Notes: generated by a model not told the origin, from the letters alone. Positions 1-12,620 are shown, counted from the whole stretch's first letter. The stretch: DNA of 53,176 nucleotides, filler included, from Sphacelaria rigidula (GCA_964200075.2; 3 parts of 3 records of this genome joined end to end with filler, not necessarily neighbours in it), one strand, 5' to 3'. Numbers and translations are program-made.

Positions 1-132
1 GATCCGGGCCCAACGGCCACACCACACACACAAGCAACAAGTCACTCCGCCCTCCCCCCTCCCGCTCCCCCTCCTGGCCCCCGTCTGCTCTCGAACCCGT
101 CGCGTTTCTTCACCTGTTCTGAAATGCTCCAG

Positions 133-225
133 ACGACTCAAGGACTGTGCCGGTACCTGGAGAATGAGGGCGGAGAGAAATTCAAGCAGAGAGGCGTTGT
201 CATTGGCCGTGACCACCGGGCACAG
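133..225 (+). CDS. PGM2: PGM2 exon (TTQGLCRYL...[11 protein letters not shown])
   Basis: cag acceptor ends 132, gt donor at 226; PGM2 domain I motif. Confidence 0.9.
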
Positions 226-3200
226 GTGTGTTTCCAGATTTTGACCATGAAATGACTGACATGACGTGTACAGTAGGCGGTCCTACAGAGTGTTCAGTCT
301 CTGGTGTGAAAGACCAGACATCCAGGAAGCTGCTGTTGTTGTTGCTGATGTTGCGGTTGTCAGCCCCATTTGATCTTTTGCCCCAGTTGTCGGGCTCGTG
401 TGTTTGCGCGAATACCCCCAGACCATACCCTTCTGGCTCTCCACGCGTATACCCTCTCTTCGTCGCTTCGAGCAGGTTGGCGTATCTTCCGAGGGCTTTG
501 CGAGGCTTGCGGCGGCTGTGTTTGTTTCCCGAGGATTCAAGGTGTACTTTCTGGGCGGGACTGTGCCCACCCCTCTCGTGGCGTTCGGGGTTTCTCATCT
601 GAAGGCGTGCGCGGGGGTGATGGTGACGGCCTCACACAACCCTAAAATGGACAATGGCTACAAGGTGAGTTTTTTTCCTTCCTTTTTCTTGTCTTGTACC
701 AAGGACAACAACCTTCCAAAGCTGTGTCCTGTAGGGTGTAACCGTCAGTCGTCGGGTTTTTATTGGCATACGATTAAAATCCATTCCAAGTTCTGTACCT
801 AACATTCTGGAATGGATTGGCAGGGTGTCGAGCCCTGTTCCGAACACTACGATATGGTCCGGGAGAATGTGTGGGTGTTGTCGTCCCATCTATTCTGGAC
901 ACCGGTCTTTCACTTTCGGTATATGTGGGCGCACCAGCCGGGCTCACACATGAGGAAGGTCAACACAGTAGCTTTTTCTTTTTTATTTGTTTTGAGTACC
1001 CCACCGTCCTTGTGCGGTGCTTGCCATTATTTTTTATCGCGAGAGGGGTTCAGCAGTCCCTTTCCCTCATCGACCGTTAAGTCGAATTCGTGTACCCACG
1101 ACATGGTCGCTCTCCACTGTTGAGAGTAGTGCGAGAAAAAAATCCAACATCGCTCCGAGAAATGAACCTGCGACCCAGCCGCCAGAAGGTTTCGAGGTCA
1201 CCAACTGAGCCGCCGGGGCGACCAGTATTTGCCAATAAAACACCTATTGCATACTTGATTAAATACCCGAATTTCAGTCGGCGTATCCTACGGAACACAA
1301 CCTTGCAAGCTTTCATAATTTTGGTTTTTGCTGTATGCAGTGTATGGTATAGTTCATTTTGTTTCTCTCCGTAGGTCACATCTGTTGTCTTTGTCCTCTG
1401 AAATATTATTCAGCGGCCGAGTTTTTGTCCCCGGACATACACACACCGCGATTTCCCCTCGAAACGTTACTCTGCCTGCGTTGAGCAGCACCCCTTCATT
1501 GATGTGGATTTTGTGGTTATCAGTTGCTAGTCAACTGGATGTCTAGATTTGTTGACCCATGAGCATACGGCAATAATGCATGCCACGGCTACTGTACTGT
1601 ATTTGTCTGCGGGTATGACGTTCCCCCCGCCCACGGGATTCGGGGCTGGTGAGGGGGTAACGGAACAAACCAACTCTCAGATTACGATTTCGTGGGGCAG
1701 GAGTTGATGAAGTCATTCTCCAGTAGTTTGTGCGAGAACATGATTGAGTGATTGTCGCACTTTAAGTGATCCCTCAGGGGTCCAGCCGTGGTCTCATGGT
1801 GGACGTCCCCAAGAAAAACGAAACTGAAACACGCTCTGAGAAAAAGGAAGAAAAACAGGAGAAATAGTCGAACAGAACGACATAGCGGACCAAGTCGTCA
1901 CAAAAAAAAGGTTATGAAAATGTCATCTCAAGCAAAGCATAGCCGACCTAAAACAAGAGAATGGAAAAGAAGAGGAGAGTACAGAGCAAATAAAATAAAA
2001 TACAATGAAACGATGGGGAAAAAAAAAAGAGGGGAAAAGAACATGACAGTTTCGTAATCCCCCCCCCCCCCCCCCCCCTCCCCGCATACATATATTCCTT
2101 TCCGCCCGCACGGCTGTCTGTTCCTATCCACGATTTTTTGTGCGCGTCCTCGCGTCGACAGGTGTACTGGGGAAACGGTAGCCAAATCATCCCTCCGCAT
2201 GATAAGGGCATAGCGGCCAGCATCAAGAACAACCTGGAGCCTTGGCAGGTGGGCCCTGAGAAAAGCTGCGTTTGTCATTCGTGACGTCTGTTGTAGATTC
2301 GTGTACGTCATTCACTTTTTTCGTTTTTTATATGTGCCGCCACGGCCCCATGACGTACATTTTAGATTCGTGTACGTCATCCCCCTGAAAAAAAGCTGAG
2401 TACAGCCGTGGTCCCATGACATACTTCATAGATTTGTGTGCGTCATTCACTTTTTTCGTTTTTTATATGTGCCGCCATGGCCTCATGACAATACGTCATT
2501 GATTCGTGTACGTCATTCACTTTTTTTCTTTTTGAGTGTCGCCACGGCCCGGTGGTCCTTCTTGGTGACACACAACTGGAACCAATCACGCTGGAAGCAT
2601 GCAAGTTTAATTCCCGGACAGATATCATCGAGCTCGTCTGTCTGAGATCTACCTGGTTTTCCTTCTTGCTAATAACGTGGAAGATGTGATGAGCATCGCG
2701 AGTTGATTCGACGACAGCAGACGCGGTGCAAGAGTACTGATGAAATCCGCGATACCGAGAAATGCAATAAGTGTGTCTGGTCGGATGTTTTTTACCGCGA
2801 TATTTTTTGTGCATCCAGACGGAAAACCTGGGTGGGTTTTTTCTTCACTTGCTGATTTTTTGCCGCTTTCCGCGTCACTGGCCAATCATTGTGGCTTGAT
2901 TCGTCCTTATTGTCGTCCTGTCTGACCTCCCGCACTCCTTCCCTGCCCTCCTCTCTACAGACGTACAACGTTGTTGCTGCCCTCTCTAGCCCCAAGTGCT
3001 CGGATCCAGTGGACACCTTGGCGAAGGCGTACTATCAGGGCATCCGGGACAAGTTGTGCCGCCGACCGGACGCGAACGCACGCTCTGGCCTCCAGGTACA
3101 TGCGGTTTGTTGCCCCACGTCCGTCTACTCGAGGAATGTTGGTTGCCCCTAGGCTTCTACTTATTATGCTAGTAAGGTAATTTTTTATGCTAGTATTCTC

Positions 3201-6200
3201 ACCAAAAGTTATGCTCGATTTATGCCCCTATTGAAGAAAAAAAAGAAGCTTGATTTATGCTCGCAACTTATAAATTATGCTCTATTATACTCGTAGTTTT
3301 CAACAAAAACGCCATTTTCGACCGGCTTCAGACCCACCGATCACTCTGTGCATGTTATATTTATATATACGAAGTACTAATTGCCCCATCAGTACGATTG
3401 AACGCAGTATTTTGCTGTTGTCGTACACGGTGCATAATTGTATATGAACGTGCACTATATGCACTTTATCTCGTCCTATATGCCGCCCCGCCACCGCCGT
3501 GTAGACAAGACGTATGGCAGGCAAACTGTTGATTGCAATATCGATCAAAATCTGGCCCAATGAGTGTACGTTGTACGCATCTCGCGAAGCCCGATGCAGG
3601 CGCATCTCGTCACCACACTCAAAAATATAAGTAACAAAATCACATGATGTGTTCACTCGTCGCCTATCCCATGTCCAGGAACTTGTGGCCGAGGACGGCG
3701 ACAAACGAAAAACTGACATTTAATTGATGAATGATGGTTATATTTATTGTCACGCATGAACCGATCCGCTTCGAATCCAGCTGAGGTCGCAAAACGGGTA
3801 CAACCCAGGAAACAAGGTGCAAAAAAAAACTCACACACACAAAGAGGTGAAAATTGGGAGAAATGCTAAAGTAGACAGGAAGACTCGGTAGCCAGAGAAA
3901 GTACACAACCACAACACATGAAAAAATGAGAAGCCAAGATGAAAAAAACAAACACGTGGGCTTCCCACCTACCACCCACACCCTACATGCAAACGGTTGC
4001 GAGATGCCCTTCATTAAAGTTCCTTGGCTACACGCCGAAAGCAATAGGCTGATACCCTTTGCTTCGCTACTTCACAACGGTACTGCAACCTTTCCCACTG
4101 CACAGCGGAGTTGCATTCGCCACCTATCACCCACCACTCCACCTCATACCGCTCATAAATTCTGACCACCTCGCCCTCTGTTGTAGCTACGGAGCACTGC
4201 TGCGGCAATGCCATCACTAAGATTTTTCTCCTGTCGACTATACAGGCACGTCCGAAAGATGGAAAACACTCGCTCCATGAAGCATGACGATGGGCTGGTT
4301 TAGAGCCAGCCATCATCATGCTTCATAGAGTGAGTGTTCTCTGTCCTCCGGGCGTGCCTGGATGGCAGACACGAGCAAACTCTTGGTGATCGCATTGCTG
4401 CGGCAGTGCTCCTTGAATACAACAGAGGGCGAGGTAGTCAGAGTTCATACTGTAGAGTACATCGTGCGTGTTTATGCTTTGTGTCGTGTGCTTTGATGAA
4501 GAGGTTTTCAGACCTGCGATCGATCAGAGCGGCAGTTTGAATGAGTAGTTCCAGAGCATACACGTATCCCAGACCCGCGGCCGATGATTGCAGGGTTTTC
4601 GCCCAAAATATCACAGCAGGCCAGCATTTAGGACCAGTGTTCCCACCCCCACGGTGAAAACTTATACTCGATTGGCTTGCTTCACGCTATGCTATTTATG
4701 CCACCAAGGTGGAATTATGCCAAAAATTATGCTAGCATAATGAGTGGAAGCCCAGCTGTCCCCCTGTGTACATATATATGCATACTTGGTATACAAGCAA
4801 GACGAGGAAATCTTCTCCATAATGCGTTGGACCAGTACATATATAGCAATCCGATATCTCGTTTTTTTTCCTGGGGTACTGTTACTGTGTGAAGGAAGGG
4901 TGTTCTTTCCGGTTCGTTCTTGCCTAAGCTGAGGAATTTGTTTCGTTGATATTATCGTCATTTCCCACAGTTCTGCAGCCACGATTCCAACCAGAAGCTT
5001 TGTGACTGTTGATGCTTATGATGAGGCATTCGTTGGTCGCTCAGTGTTGCCGGTGTGCATTCAAACATGGTTCCTTCTAGGGTGGGAATGTCGGCAAAAG
5101 TTGCGACTTGAAACCACAACAAAGCGACCACTTCAATTCGTCACGAGTGACTTGTGAAGGTGCTGGGTGATTTTGATACAGCGGGTATTGTCTCAGCTCC
5201 GTTTCGTCGTCGTTCAATATCGCGTGCTTCAAGTCATCGCAAATGCAGTGTTACTTCGTTGGTGTACCACTCGCCCACGTTGTGTTGTTTGCTATTGCAT
5301 TTTTTTTTTCTGCCTCATCCTGGCCGTTTTCCACGTAGTTGGCGTCGCATGCCCCACACTCAATTTTTGCCATTTTAACTCCGTTCTTTTTGTCATTGAT
5401 CTCTTTCATCTGCTCCAGAAAACATGGTGGGCCACACTCGACCACATGCACAGCTTGCCACGCGCTCACGCTGCGTCGTAATTTTTTTGGCGTACTTTTT
5501 TTCATGAAGTTGCATACTCGGTCGTACGCATTTTGCAACGCACTCAGTCGGGGTCTTCTTTTTGTTTTTTTGACGGTGACGTTGTCTTCCCGTACAGGTC
5601 GCGTACTCTGCCATGCACGGTGTTGGAGACGAGTGGGCGCAGCGAGCATTCGAGGCCTTCTCTCTTCCCCCGTTATTATCGGTGGCAAGTCAGCGCCTGC
5701 CCGACCCCCAGTTTCCGACAGTGGAGTATCCCAACCCAGAGGAGCAGGGAGCCTTGAAGGAGGCTATCCGTATGGCTGAGGAAAAAGGTACTCGGTCTGT
5801 CTGCTATACCCGGATATAGGTGTCGGGTTGATTGTTTTGTGTACGTGTGTTGTGTGTTTCCTCCAAGACGTCGTACGTGTAGGAGTTACCTCTGCGACAC
5901 TTCGATTGAATCCCGTTTCTCGAGGTGAACTAGTTTCATGTTTGCCTTGAGTCAGGCCTTCGTTCTTTTCCACGTGTATTTTGGAAGCAGGCCGGTCCTG
6001 TGTGTCTGCTGTCTGTGCTGTCTGTGCTGCCGCTGCGAAGGTTTTGGTCGGTTTGTGCGGTGTTTATCGTCTTGTCTTTCGTGGGCCGACAAGCAGCTTG
6101 TTCTACAGAGATAATGAAGAGTGTAGTGATCTTCATTTTATTTTCCATGTGTTGAAACATAAAGAAGACTATTAATTACACTACACTTCGTGTTAGATAC

Positions 6201-9200
6201 ACTTCTATGCGTATGACTGCGCGGCATTCGGGGGCACCCAAGGAACTGTCTCTACCGCCTCCTGATGTTCCGTCACATTCACTCACTTTCTCCTTTCGGA
6301 GCAGACCATCGTTCCGTACGTCATATACCCCCCTTCCCGTCCCTGTCCTCTCGTGTTTTCAGGCGTGTCCCTAGTCCTGGCCAATGACCCAGACGCTGAT
6401 CGCCTTGCCGCCGCTGAGCGTCAGCCCTCTGGAGAATGGCACGTGTTTTCGGGCAACGAGATTGGCGTCCTGCTCGGAGTGTGGCAGTGGGAGGAATGGA
6501 GGCGAACTCACCCCAACGAGGACCCTTCGAAGGCGGTAAGCGCCGTCAGAACTAATTTTACGTGATTGATTTTGTGAAGAAAAAGTGTGTGTTTGATGTA
6601 TGCAACGTGTTGTACCGTGAGAGGCCTGAACCATTCCGACGAGAGTAGAGGGCGACAATTATTTCTGCTGGAAACAACAGCCTTGTCGAGGAGATTCCAA
6701 CAAGCCTGCATCATTCACGGGTTTCAAGTCAAGGACGGTCCGGGTTTACGGGAGACAATTAGAGCATTTTCAAGGGCCCACGATCGTTCTCTACAGATCC
6801 GTTGTTGAACTCCGGTGCGTATTTTGGATGAATTAGACAAGCAAGTGTATAATACTTGTTACACGTTTTGTGCTGCTCTGCACCCCCTCCCGTTGATATC
6901 GGTATTATTTATATGATCTGTTCTGCTAGGTCAACTCACCCCTAAGCTATTTGATCACCCGGCAAGGCGTGGACATATGTTGGCTCAGTATAATGCTCAA
7001 CTCTGGAATCACACTGGAAACTCGAGTGTCCATCTGTAAGCCCCCAGTAAGTTGAAAAGTTTCGATGACTGTAGTATCAAGTTGAACGTTTTACAGACTT
7101 GGGTCACGCTGAGTCTCACGTACGGATGAGCAACGGGGAACATCATATGATCTGTTTTTTATATTGAAATATATGAAGATCTCTTGGCATGTTTACTGCA
7201 CGTCAAAGGTTTTGATTTAGCGGATAAAAACATTATGTAGTATTCAAAATAGCAATATTTTGGCGGATTCTTCATGGGAGAGTTTCGGAAAACCCTTTTT
7301 TGTCATTCCAGAATGCAAAAAAAAAAAAAAAACTCATCGAGAAAAAAGTCTTGGAGATACCGCATCTGACGGAGGGAGAAATAATTTTTCGTCACACTCT
7401 GATCGTGAGATATTTGCACTCCGAAATGACAGAAAAGCGTTTTTCGAAACTCTCTATTGAGTTCAACTTCATCCATCCGCTGTGTGTTTCTGAGGGGGGT
7501 TTTCCGGTGACACTTTCAACCCCGTCCCCTTTCTCGGGACGATTCCGTGCTGTCTCAAGGAATATACCCATCTCTTCCCGGTACGGTGTGTCACATAGGT
7601 CATGATTGCAAGCACTGTGTCTTCCAAGATGCTGTCCGCGGTGGCCAAGCTGGAAGGCTTCCACTTCGAGGAAACGTTGCCTGGATTCAAGTGGATGGGT
7701 CACCGTGCGCAAGAGCTCAAGGTACCGTGTGCCGTTGACGCTTCTTGTGCTCTGTGTATACATGCATCGACGAGTCGTTTTTATCCTGCAGGGCGGCGTT
7801 TGTTGTTGAAGAGATGTTTGTCGCGTTTTGGTCTGCGTTACTTTCCAGCCGAGTATTGAGTGTTTCGAGTGTGTGCGGTGTATACTCAATTGTAGACTTC
7901 GAGGCATGCATGACAAAAATGACGCTCAGTTTGAGATGGTCCCCTCCTATGGGTGAGTGGTGCCGCGATAACCCTCCCCCCCCAAAACAGAAAAAAACAG
8001 TCCCAAAACTGTTACGAATAATCCATGGCCATACAGCACATGGTGGCTGGTTTCAGAATGCATTACGCGCCTCACAAAGGTGACATGAGCGGAAATGACT
8101 TGTGAGTAGCCACTTGCTTGGTGCGCTCGGCTTTTTTTTCATTTTGATTGAGATGTAAATTTTGCCTCCTCAAACCAAACATTTTTCCACGGGGGATGGA
8201 GGGGCGAGAGCTATTTCGGCATCAATCGGATGCGTTTTGCTTGGTCGATGTATATGCCTTTTTCACGTTCCCGTTGATAGCGAGGTGTGTTTTGTGCTCC
8301 TTCCCGCATGTTAATTTGGCGTGCGTATCTGTCTCGTGTCTGTTTTCTTCATCTTTCGTGATTTGCGGTTGACGGTAGGCCCGGGGATGTACGATCCTGT
8401 TCGCCTTCGAGGAGGCTATCGGGTTCGGCCCTGGCGATGTGGTGTTCGAAAAGGTGATACTTTCTCCTCCATGGATATGACTCTTCATTCCTACAGCAGG
8501 TGGTGCGGATCTTGGTGATTCGGATATCCTTGTGGGTGCACCACAGGTTTTGGAGTTATCGGGGCGTAGTGTAGTAGCAGCCGTCTGACTATTGCATGAT
8601 GTGACGCGTATGCTGCAGGATGTACCTTTGAAGCTGAGCACTCACCTTCACATAGCGAATGGGACGGCCTCGGTAAACATGGACCCCCACACACGTGAAA
8701 CATTGAGCGTCGTCATTTCCTCATGTCAATCCAGTGGCGATTTATAATTTATTCCAACTTTTTTTTTCTCATCGCCCCCATTATCCCCATCATGCAACGT
8801 CCTGTCTGTTGCGCATCCAGAGGAGACGTGAGGGTTGGCTCTCCCTCGTTTGAACCCCCCCTGCCCCCTCAGTCCAGTATGCCGGGCGCACAGCGCACAA
8901 TGCGCGGAGATTCCTGAAGTTCTTCCTTTCTCACCCTCTCTCTCCCCCGTCATGTGTGTTTGTCCCTCTCCTGGACGATTCTTGTTCTCGTATTCCCTTG
9001 CCTCGTTGTTTTCCAGGACGGCCTGTCCTCTGCTGCCGTATTCTGCGAGATGGTGGTGGCTCTCCGCGAACAAGCGGCAGCCCAAGCAGCGGGGGAACCT
9101 TCTTCATCCAAACCCACGACGGGACTGTCCCTGCTGCGGCGTCGGTTGGATGCCCTGCACGAGCGGTACGGCGAGTTCACGGAAGACAACGGCTACGTGC

Positions 9201-11087
9201 GCTGCGAGGACACTGAGGTATAATACAACTCTGTACACGTGGGTGTGTCGCCGGTAGGCCGTCATACGGAGCATGTGCAACTGCTGCTGGTTTTAGTATA
9301 TATATTATCTTGATTTCGAATCGATTACGGGATGGCAGGACATGATTGACCCCGCCTGCCCGAATTGAGGTTGAGATTTTCATACCCCTGACAAGAGAAT
9401 AGACAAGTCAATGAGTGTACTGCGTATCGTATCGACTATTGCGTCTATTGCAACAAACAATAGATTCCATACTGTACGCGGTATATTTCTTGACAATACA
9501 ATCTATTGTCCAGGGTGTGGAAATTTTCTCTGTACGTGGAGTCAACTGTACACAGAAGGTGAGTATAGCAAGTTATGCGTTTGCCTGAATGAACTGCCTC
9601 ACGGTCAATCAATAGAGCTGACTAATGCCATGTGATATCTTGGTTCGAAACGGTCGGAGAATTTGCTTTCCGAAGAAACTTGACGGAACCAACCCTCCCT
9701 CCCCCACAGGAAAAGGGATGAGTGCAGAGCGAGACTGGTAACGCGAACTAGGGCCCATTATCCAAATTACATTTCTCGTGAATGCGCGGTTTGTAAAGTC
9801 ATGGTACAGCCTGTGTGACAAGGCGACAGTTCGTTGTTCCTATGTAGCACCCCCACCCCCTCCCGGCGCCCCCCCTCGGCCCCAATCCACTCCGTCAAGG
9901 CCCACTGACTCACTCGTGCACTTGTCTGTCTGCATTGCCAGGTCGTGTCTGCCATTTTCCGCCGGCTTCGAGGAAACGGAACCTACCGCAGCTCCATTGG
10001 GGGCTACCGCGTTACCGCCGTCAGAGATCTGGCAGCGGGGCACGGCTACGATTCAGAGCAACCCGGAGGCAAACCTGCCCTGCCCGTGGGCGGTGCGGGG
10101 ACTCATTTCTTGACCTTCAAGCTCGGGGATGAGGGCGTCGTGGCTACTCTTCGGACGAGCGGCACAGAGCCAAAGATCAAGTGCGTTTCATGTTTGGTGT
10201 TTCATACTGCCCATTTCTGCCCGTTTTGGGGTATGAGTGTGATTCTGCGCAAGACCTTTTCCGCCGAAGCCATGTGGCAGAGACTGTTTTTTTTTTCTTC
10301 CCTATACTCATTTGTTTTCTTAGCTGGATCCCTGGGTGGTCACATGAAGAGCGACAATGAATCAATCAAGTCAATTTGTATGTGTGTGTGTTTTTCGAAG
10401 GGAAGAGGAAACCTCACATAAACTTTTCCCGCGAACGGTTTCGTGTGCCGATTACCCGGAGGCTCGGCTAGACCGCTTCGCGGCGGTCCAGTCTATGTGA
10501 GGTAGGCGCCTCGGGCGTTTTGAAATCTTTGCTCAAGGCGGCGTGTGAATGGGTATGCTGTGTGCTGTGTGCTGTGTGCGATGTCATGCCCACACGGAGC
10601 CTGGAGATCTGGTGTGTTTTTTGTTTCGTTTTGTCCTGCTTTGTTTTGTCATGTCTCTTGTTTCTCGCTTTTGTTACAGCATTTTCAGAGTGGTGGAGAA
10701 GCTCTGACGATTGCTGCTTTTTTTTTCGTTCTTGTCTTGTTCCAAGGGGTTGTATTGAGCGTGGAGGCCGTCGGTACGGAACAGAACCCGCTTTCCGCTT
10801 CATCCTGGTACCCAACTGTATTTGAGACCCACGGTAAACACTTCCCCGGCCGCCTCCCAACAGTTTTTTCAGATACCTATACCTTCGTGTCTAATTGCCC
10901 CCTCTCTTTCCGTGTGTTCGGGGATGTCGTTTATTGCCCCGTCAACAGGTACTACCTCGAGATGCAAGGCCAGCCGGGAGTTCCGCTGGAGGAGGTCTCA
11001 CGTCGCCTGTCCGTGGTTGCTGATGTGTTCGTCGAGGAATGCTTGCAGCCTAAACGCTGGGGCCTGCAACGATTCTCCTGGGCATGA
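133..11087 (+). CDS. PGM2: Phosphoglucomutase-2 / phosphopentomutase (alpha-D-phosphohexomutase superfamily), 5'-partial, 11 exons visible
   Basis: Exons 133-225, 476-664, 2162-2248, 2961-3095, 5598-5787, 6363-6535, 7599-7721, 8379-8453, 9017-9217, 9942-10180, 10949-11087. All introns are GT-AG and the phases join into one 1644-nt frame (547 aa + TGA). Motifs: TASHNP (catalytic Ser), DPDADR (metal loop), FEEAIG (sugar loop), [12 protein letters not shown] (phosphate loop). Confidence 0.95.
476..664 (+). CDS. PGM2: PGM2 exon with catalytic TASHNP
   Basis: VPTPLVAF...[17 protein letters not shown]; donor gtgagt at 665. Confidence 0.95.
868..1223 (-). mobile_element. tRNA-derived SINE, near full-length, in PGM2 intron
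   Basis: Minus strand begins with A-box-like ggctcagttggt and B-box-like ggttcatttc, and ends in a CA-rich tail; body shared with 24452-24780, 27378-27470, 43272-43345. Confidence 0.75.
1740..2048 (-). mobile_element. Retroposon 3' fragment of a (CAAT)n-tailed family
   Basis: Colinear with 49482-49822 (gattgtcgcactttaa..cagggg..gtggtctcat..gaaactgaaacacgctctgagaaaaa); same 3' end on + strand at 10229-10374 and 25016-25274. Confidence 0.75.
2162..2248 (+). CDS. PGM2: PGM2 exon ([14 protein letters not shown]...LEPWQ)
   Basis: Continues NGYK|VYW; AG/GT boundaries, phase 0/0. Confidence 0.95.
2252..2552. repeat. Degenerate ~70-bp tandem repeat (about 4 units)
   Basis: gattcgtgtacgtcattcacttttt ... 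gccgccacggccc(c)atgac recurs at about 2297, 2365, 2431 and 2501. Confidence 0.8.
2961..3095 (+). CDS. PGM2: PGM2 exon (TYNVV...[10 protein letters not shown]...GLQ)
   Basis: Pyrimidine tract + cag, gt donor at 3096, phase 0/0. Confidence 0.85.
3150..4754. mobile_element. Non-autonomous DNA transposon (hAT-like) in PGM2 intron
   Basis: TIR taggcttctacttattatgctag / ctagcataatgagtggaagccca; many subterminal TTATGC motifs at both ends; flanks gttgcccc (3142-3149) and gctgtccc (4755-4762) match 6/8. Confidence 0.7.
5598..5787 (+). CDS. PGM2: PGM2 exon ([10 protein letters not shown]...[15 protein letters not shown])
   Basis: MHGVG and PDPxFPTVxxPNPEE motifs; phase 0/1. Confidence 0.95.
6363..6535 (+). 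CDS. PGM2: PGM2 exon with DPDADR metal-binding loop
   Basis: [14 protein letters not shown]...FSGNEIG; donor gtaag at 6536. Confidence 0.95.
7278..7454. repeat. Inverted repeat (42-bp arms), probable MITE core
   Basis: 7278-7319 pairs imperfectly with 7413-7454. Confidence 0.7.
7599..7721 (+). CDS. PGM2: PGM2 exon ([12 protein letters not shown]...[10 protein letters not shown])
   Basis: STVSS and GFKW motifs; AG/GT boundaries. Confidence 0.95.
8379..8453 (+). CDS. PGM2: PGM2 exon with FAFEEAIG sugar-binding loop
   Basis: [11 protein letters not shown]...VFEK|DG; tag acceptor, gt donor at 8454. Confidence 0.93.
9017..9217 (+). CDS. PGM2: PGM2 exon ([12 protein letters not shown]...LHERYG)
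   Basis: Completes K|DG motif; phase 0/0. Confidence 0.92.
9381..9519. mobile_element. MITE family A (~140 bp, TIR CACACCCTGGACAATAG, 8-bp TSD)
   Basis: Flanks gagatttt/gaaatttt; three more copies in the window. Confidence 0.75.
9942..10180 (+). CDS. PGM2: PGM2 exon with [10 protein letters not shown]
   Basis: VRDL..GYDS and [12 protein letters not shown]; phase-2 donor at 10181. Confidence 0.95.
10229..10374 (+). mobile_element. (CAAT)n-tailed retroposon fragment
   Basis: gtatgagtgtg..caagaccttttccgccgaagc shared with 25016; ends gcgacaatgaatcaatcaa. Confidence 0.7.
10949..11087 (+). CDS. PGM2: PGM2 terminal exon (KYYLEM...LQP...FSWA*)
   Basis: Phase-2 acceptor completes K codon giving PKIKYY; TGA ends 11087. 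Confidence 0.93.
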
Positions 11088-12620
11088 GCTAGCTTCGAAA
11101 GTGCTCGTGCGATGGCAATTTTGTGCTTGTACACTATACACGAGCACATACGGGGGCATGCGTGTGCTGCCACGCTGCATGGATCCCCGTTTCCCCTCAA
11201 AATCGGGGTCATCGTGGCATGCCGCACCCCTGACGTGCCGCCATGTAGACCGAATGGACGGTTCCACCCTGCGAAACCGTTACGATCGACGGGTTGGGTT
11301 CTGCTCTTGACGGTTACGCGTGATGGGTTCTATACCTGAACAGTCACATTTGGAAGTTGAGTTCCCCTGAACGCGTTTCGTTCGTGGATGCACTCGGAAC
11401 GTGTTGCGTGCAAAGAGCCCCCCGAAACCAGTAGAAACGTGGACAGTAGCGCAGTAGGACCCCGTGTAGATGATCACTGGAGCAGCTGCACACGAGCGGC
11501 GACGTTCCCATTATGGTCGTCGCCGACGGATGGTTCATGGGTGTGTGGAAATACGGGATACATCGCCAGCTCAGCGTGTCTCATTTCGTCTTGCGATTGT
11601 CTAGTTGCTTGTAACGTTGATCGCGGTGCGACTCATCTCCCTTTTTGCATGGCTTTCTTGGACGTTTTGTCTTCCTTTTTCTGCATACTCTGTTCGCGTA
11701 GTGATGTCTGAGGAGGGCATGATTGCCCCCCTCTGTTTTTTTTTCCCCTCTTTCCCCCCCATCTTGTTGTCTCCTGACTGCAAATTGCGACCAAATTCAA
11801 TATATAGATATATAAATGTAATATAGAAATTACATTGTGGGTTTGCGCTCGTTGCTAGGTTGCACGGGAAGTTGTAGGTGGTTTGAGGCATGCAGTAGTG
11901 GCAGGGAATGCTGTGCTCTCGCGAGTTTGTTATTTTCATGTCTTGTGGAATTCTGTACGTTACTCTGGTATCTTTACTCGATGTGGCGGATTGATCTAGT
12001 CTTCAGATTTCCCTTTCGGTTTTTCTTCTGCTCCTGTTTTATTTGTCTGGTCATTGTTGTTGGGTTCATGCGGCTTGTGTTCGTTTTTCAATACCTCTGT
12101 GTATGTTTATATACACATGTATCATTGCATGCATTTATACCTACATGCTATGTTTTTCTATCAGCCTGTTCCGTGCTGTTTTTGCTCGGCCGTGTGTTGT
12201 CATTTTGTTGATTTTTGTAGATTGCAACGAATGAAAACGTGATATGAATGGTCATGCAGTGTGATACCCCCCGAGAAGAATTATGCATATATATATATAT
12301 ATATATTGAGTGCTGTTGCGTCTGGAGAAACGGCTCATGTTTGTATCGTCATGCACACAGTCGTTCCACCCCCCATCCCCCGTCTAATGAATCAGACCTG
12401 ATCACGATCATGATCCATTTCGGGCCTTGTAGTATCTGGGTCGTCGGGCAGCTGTTTCTAATTTTTTTGCTATTGCAGGCGGCAAAAAGAAGGCGATTTT
12501 TTTTCAAGGGTGCTGTGTACGAATACGACGCGGAGAATGTTTGGGTGCTCACATGGAGGCTGCATCGATGATGTTGTGCGTGTGTGTTTTATCCTGGCGG
12601 GGTAGGAATTGTGTGATGTC

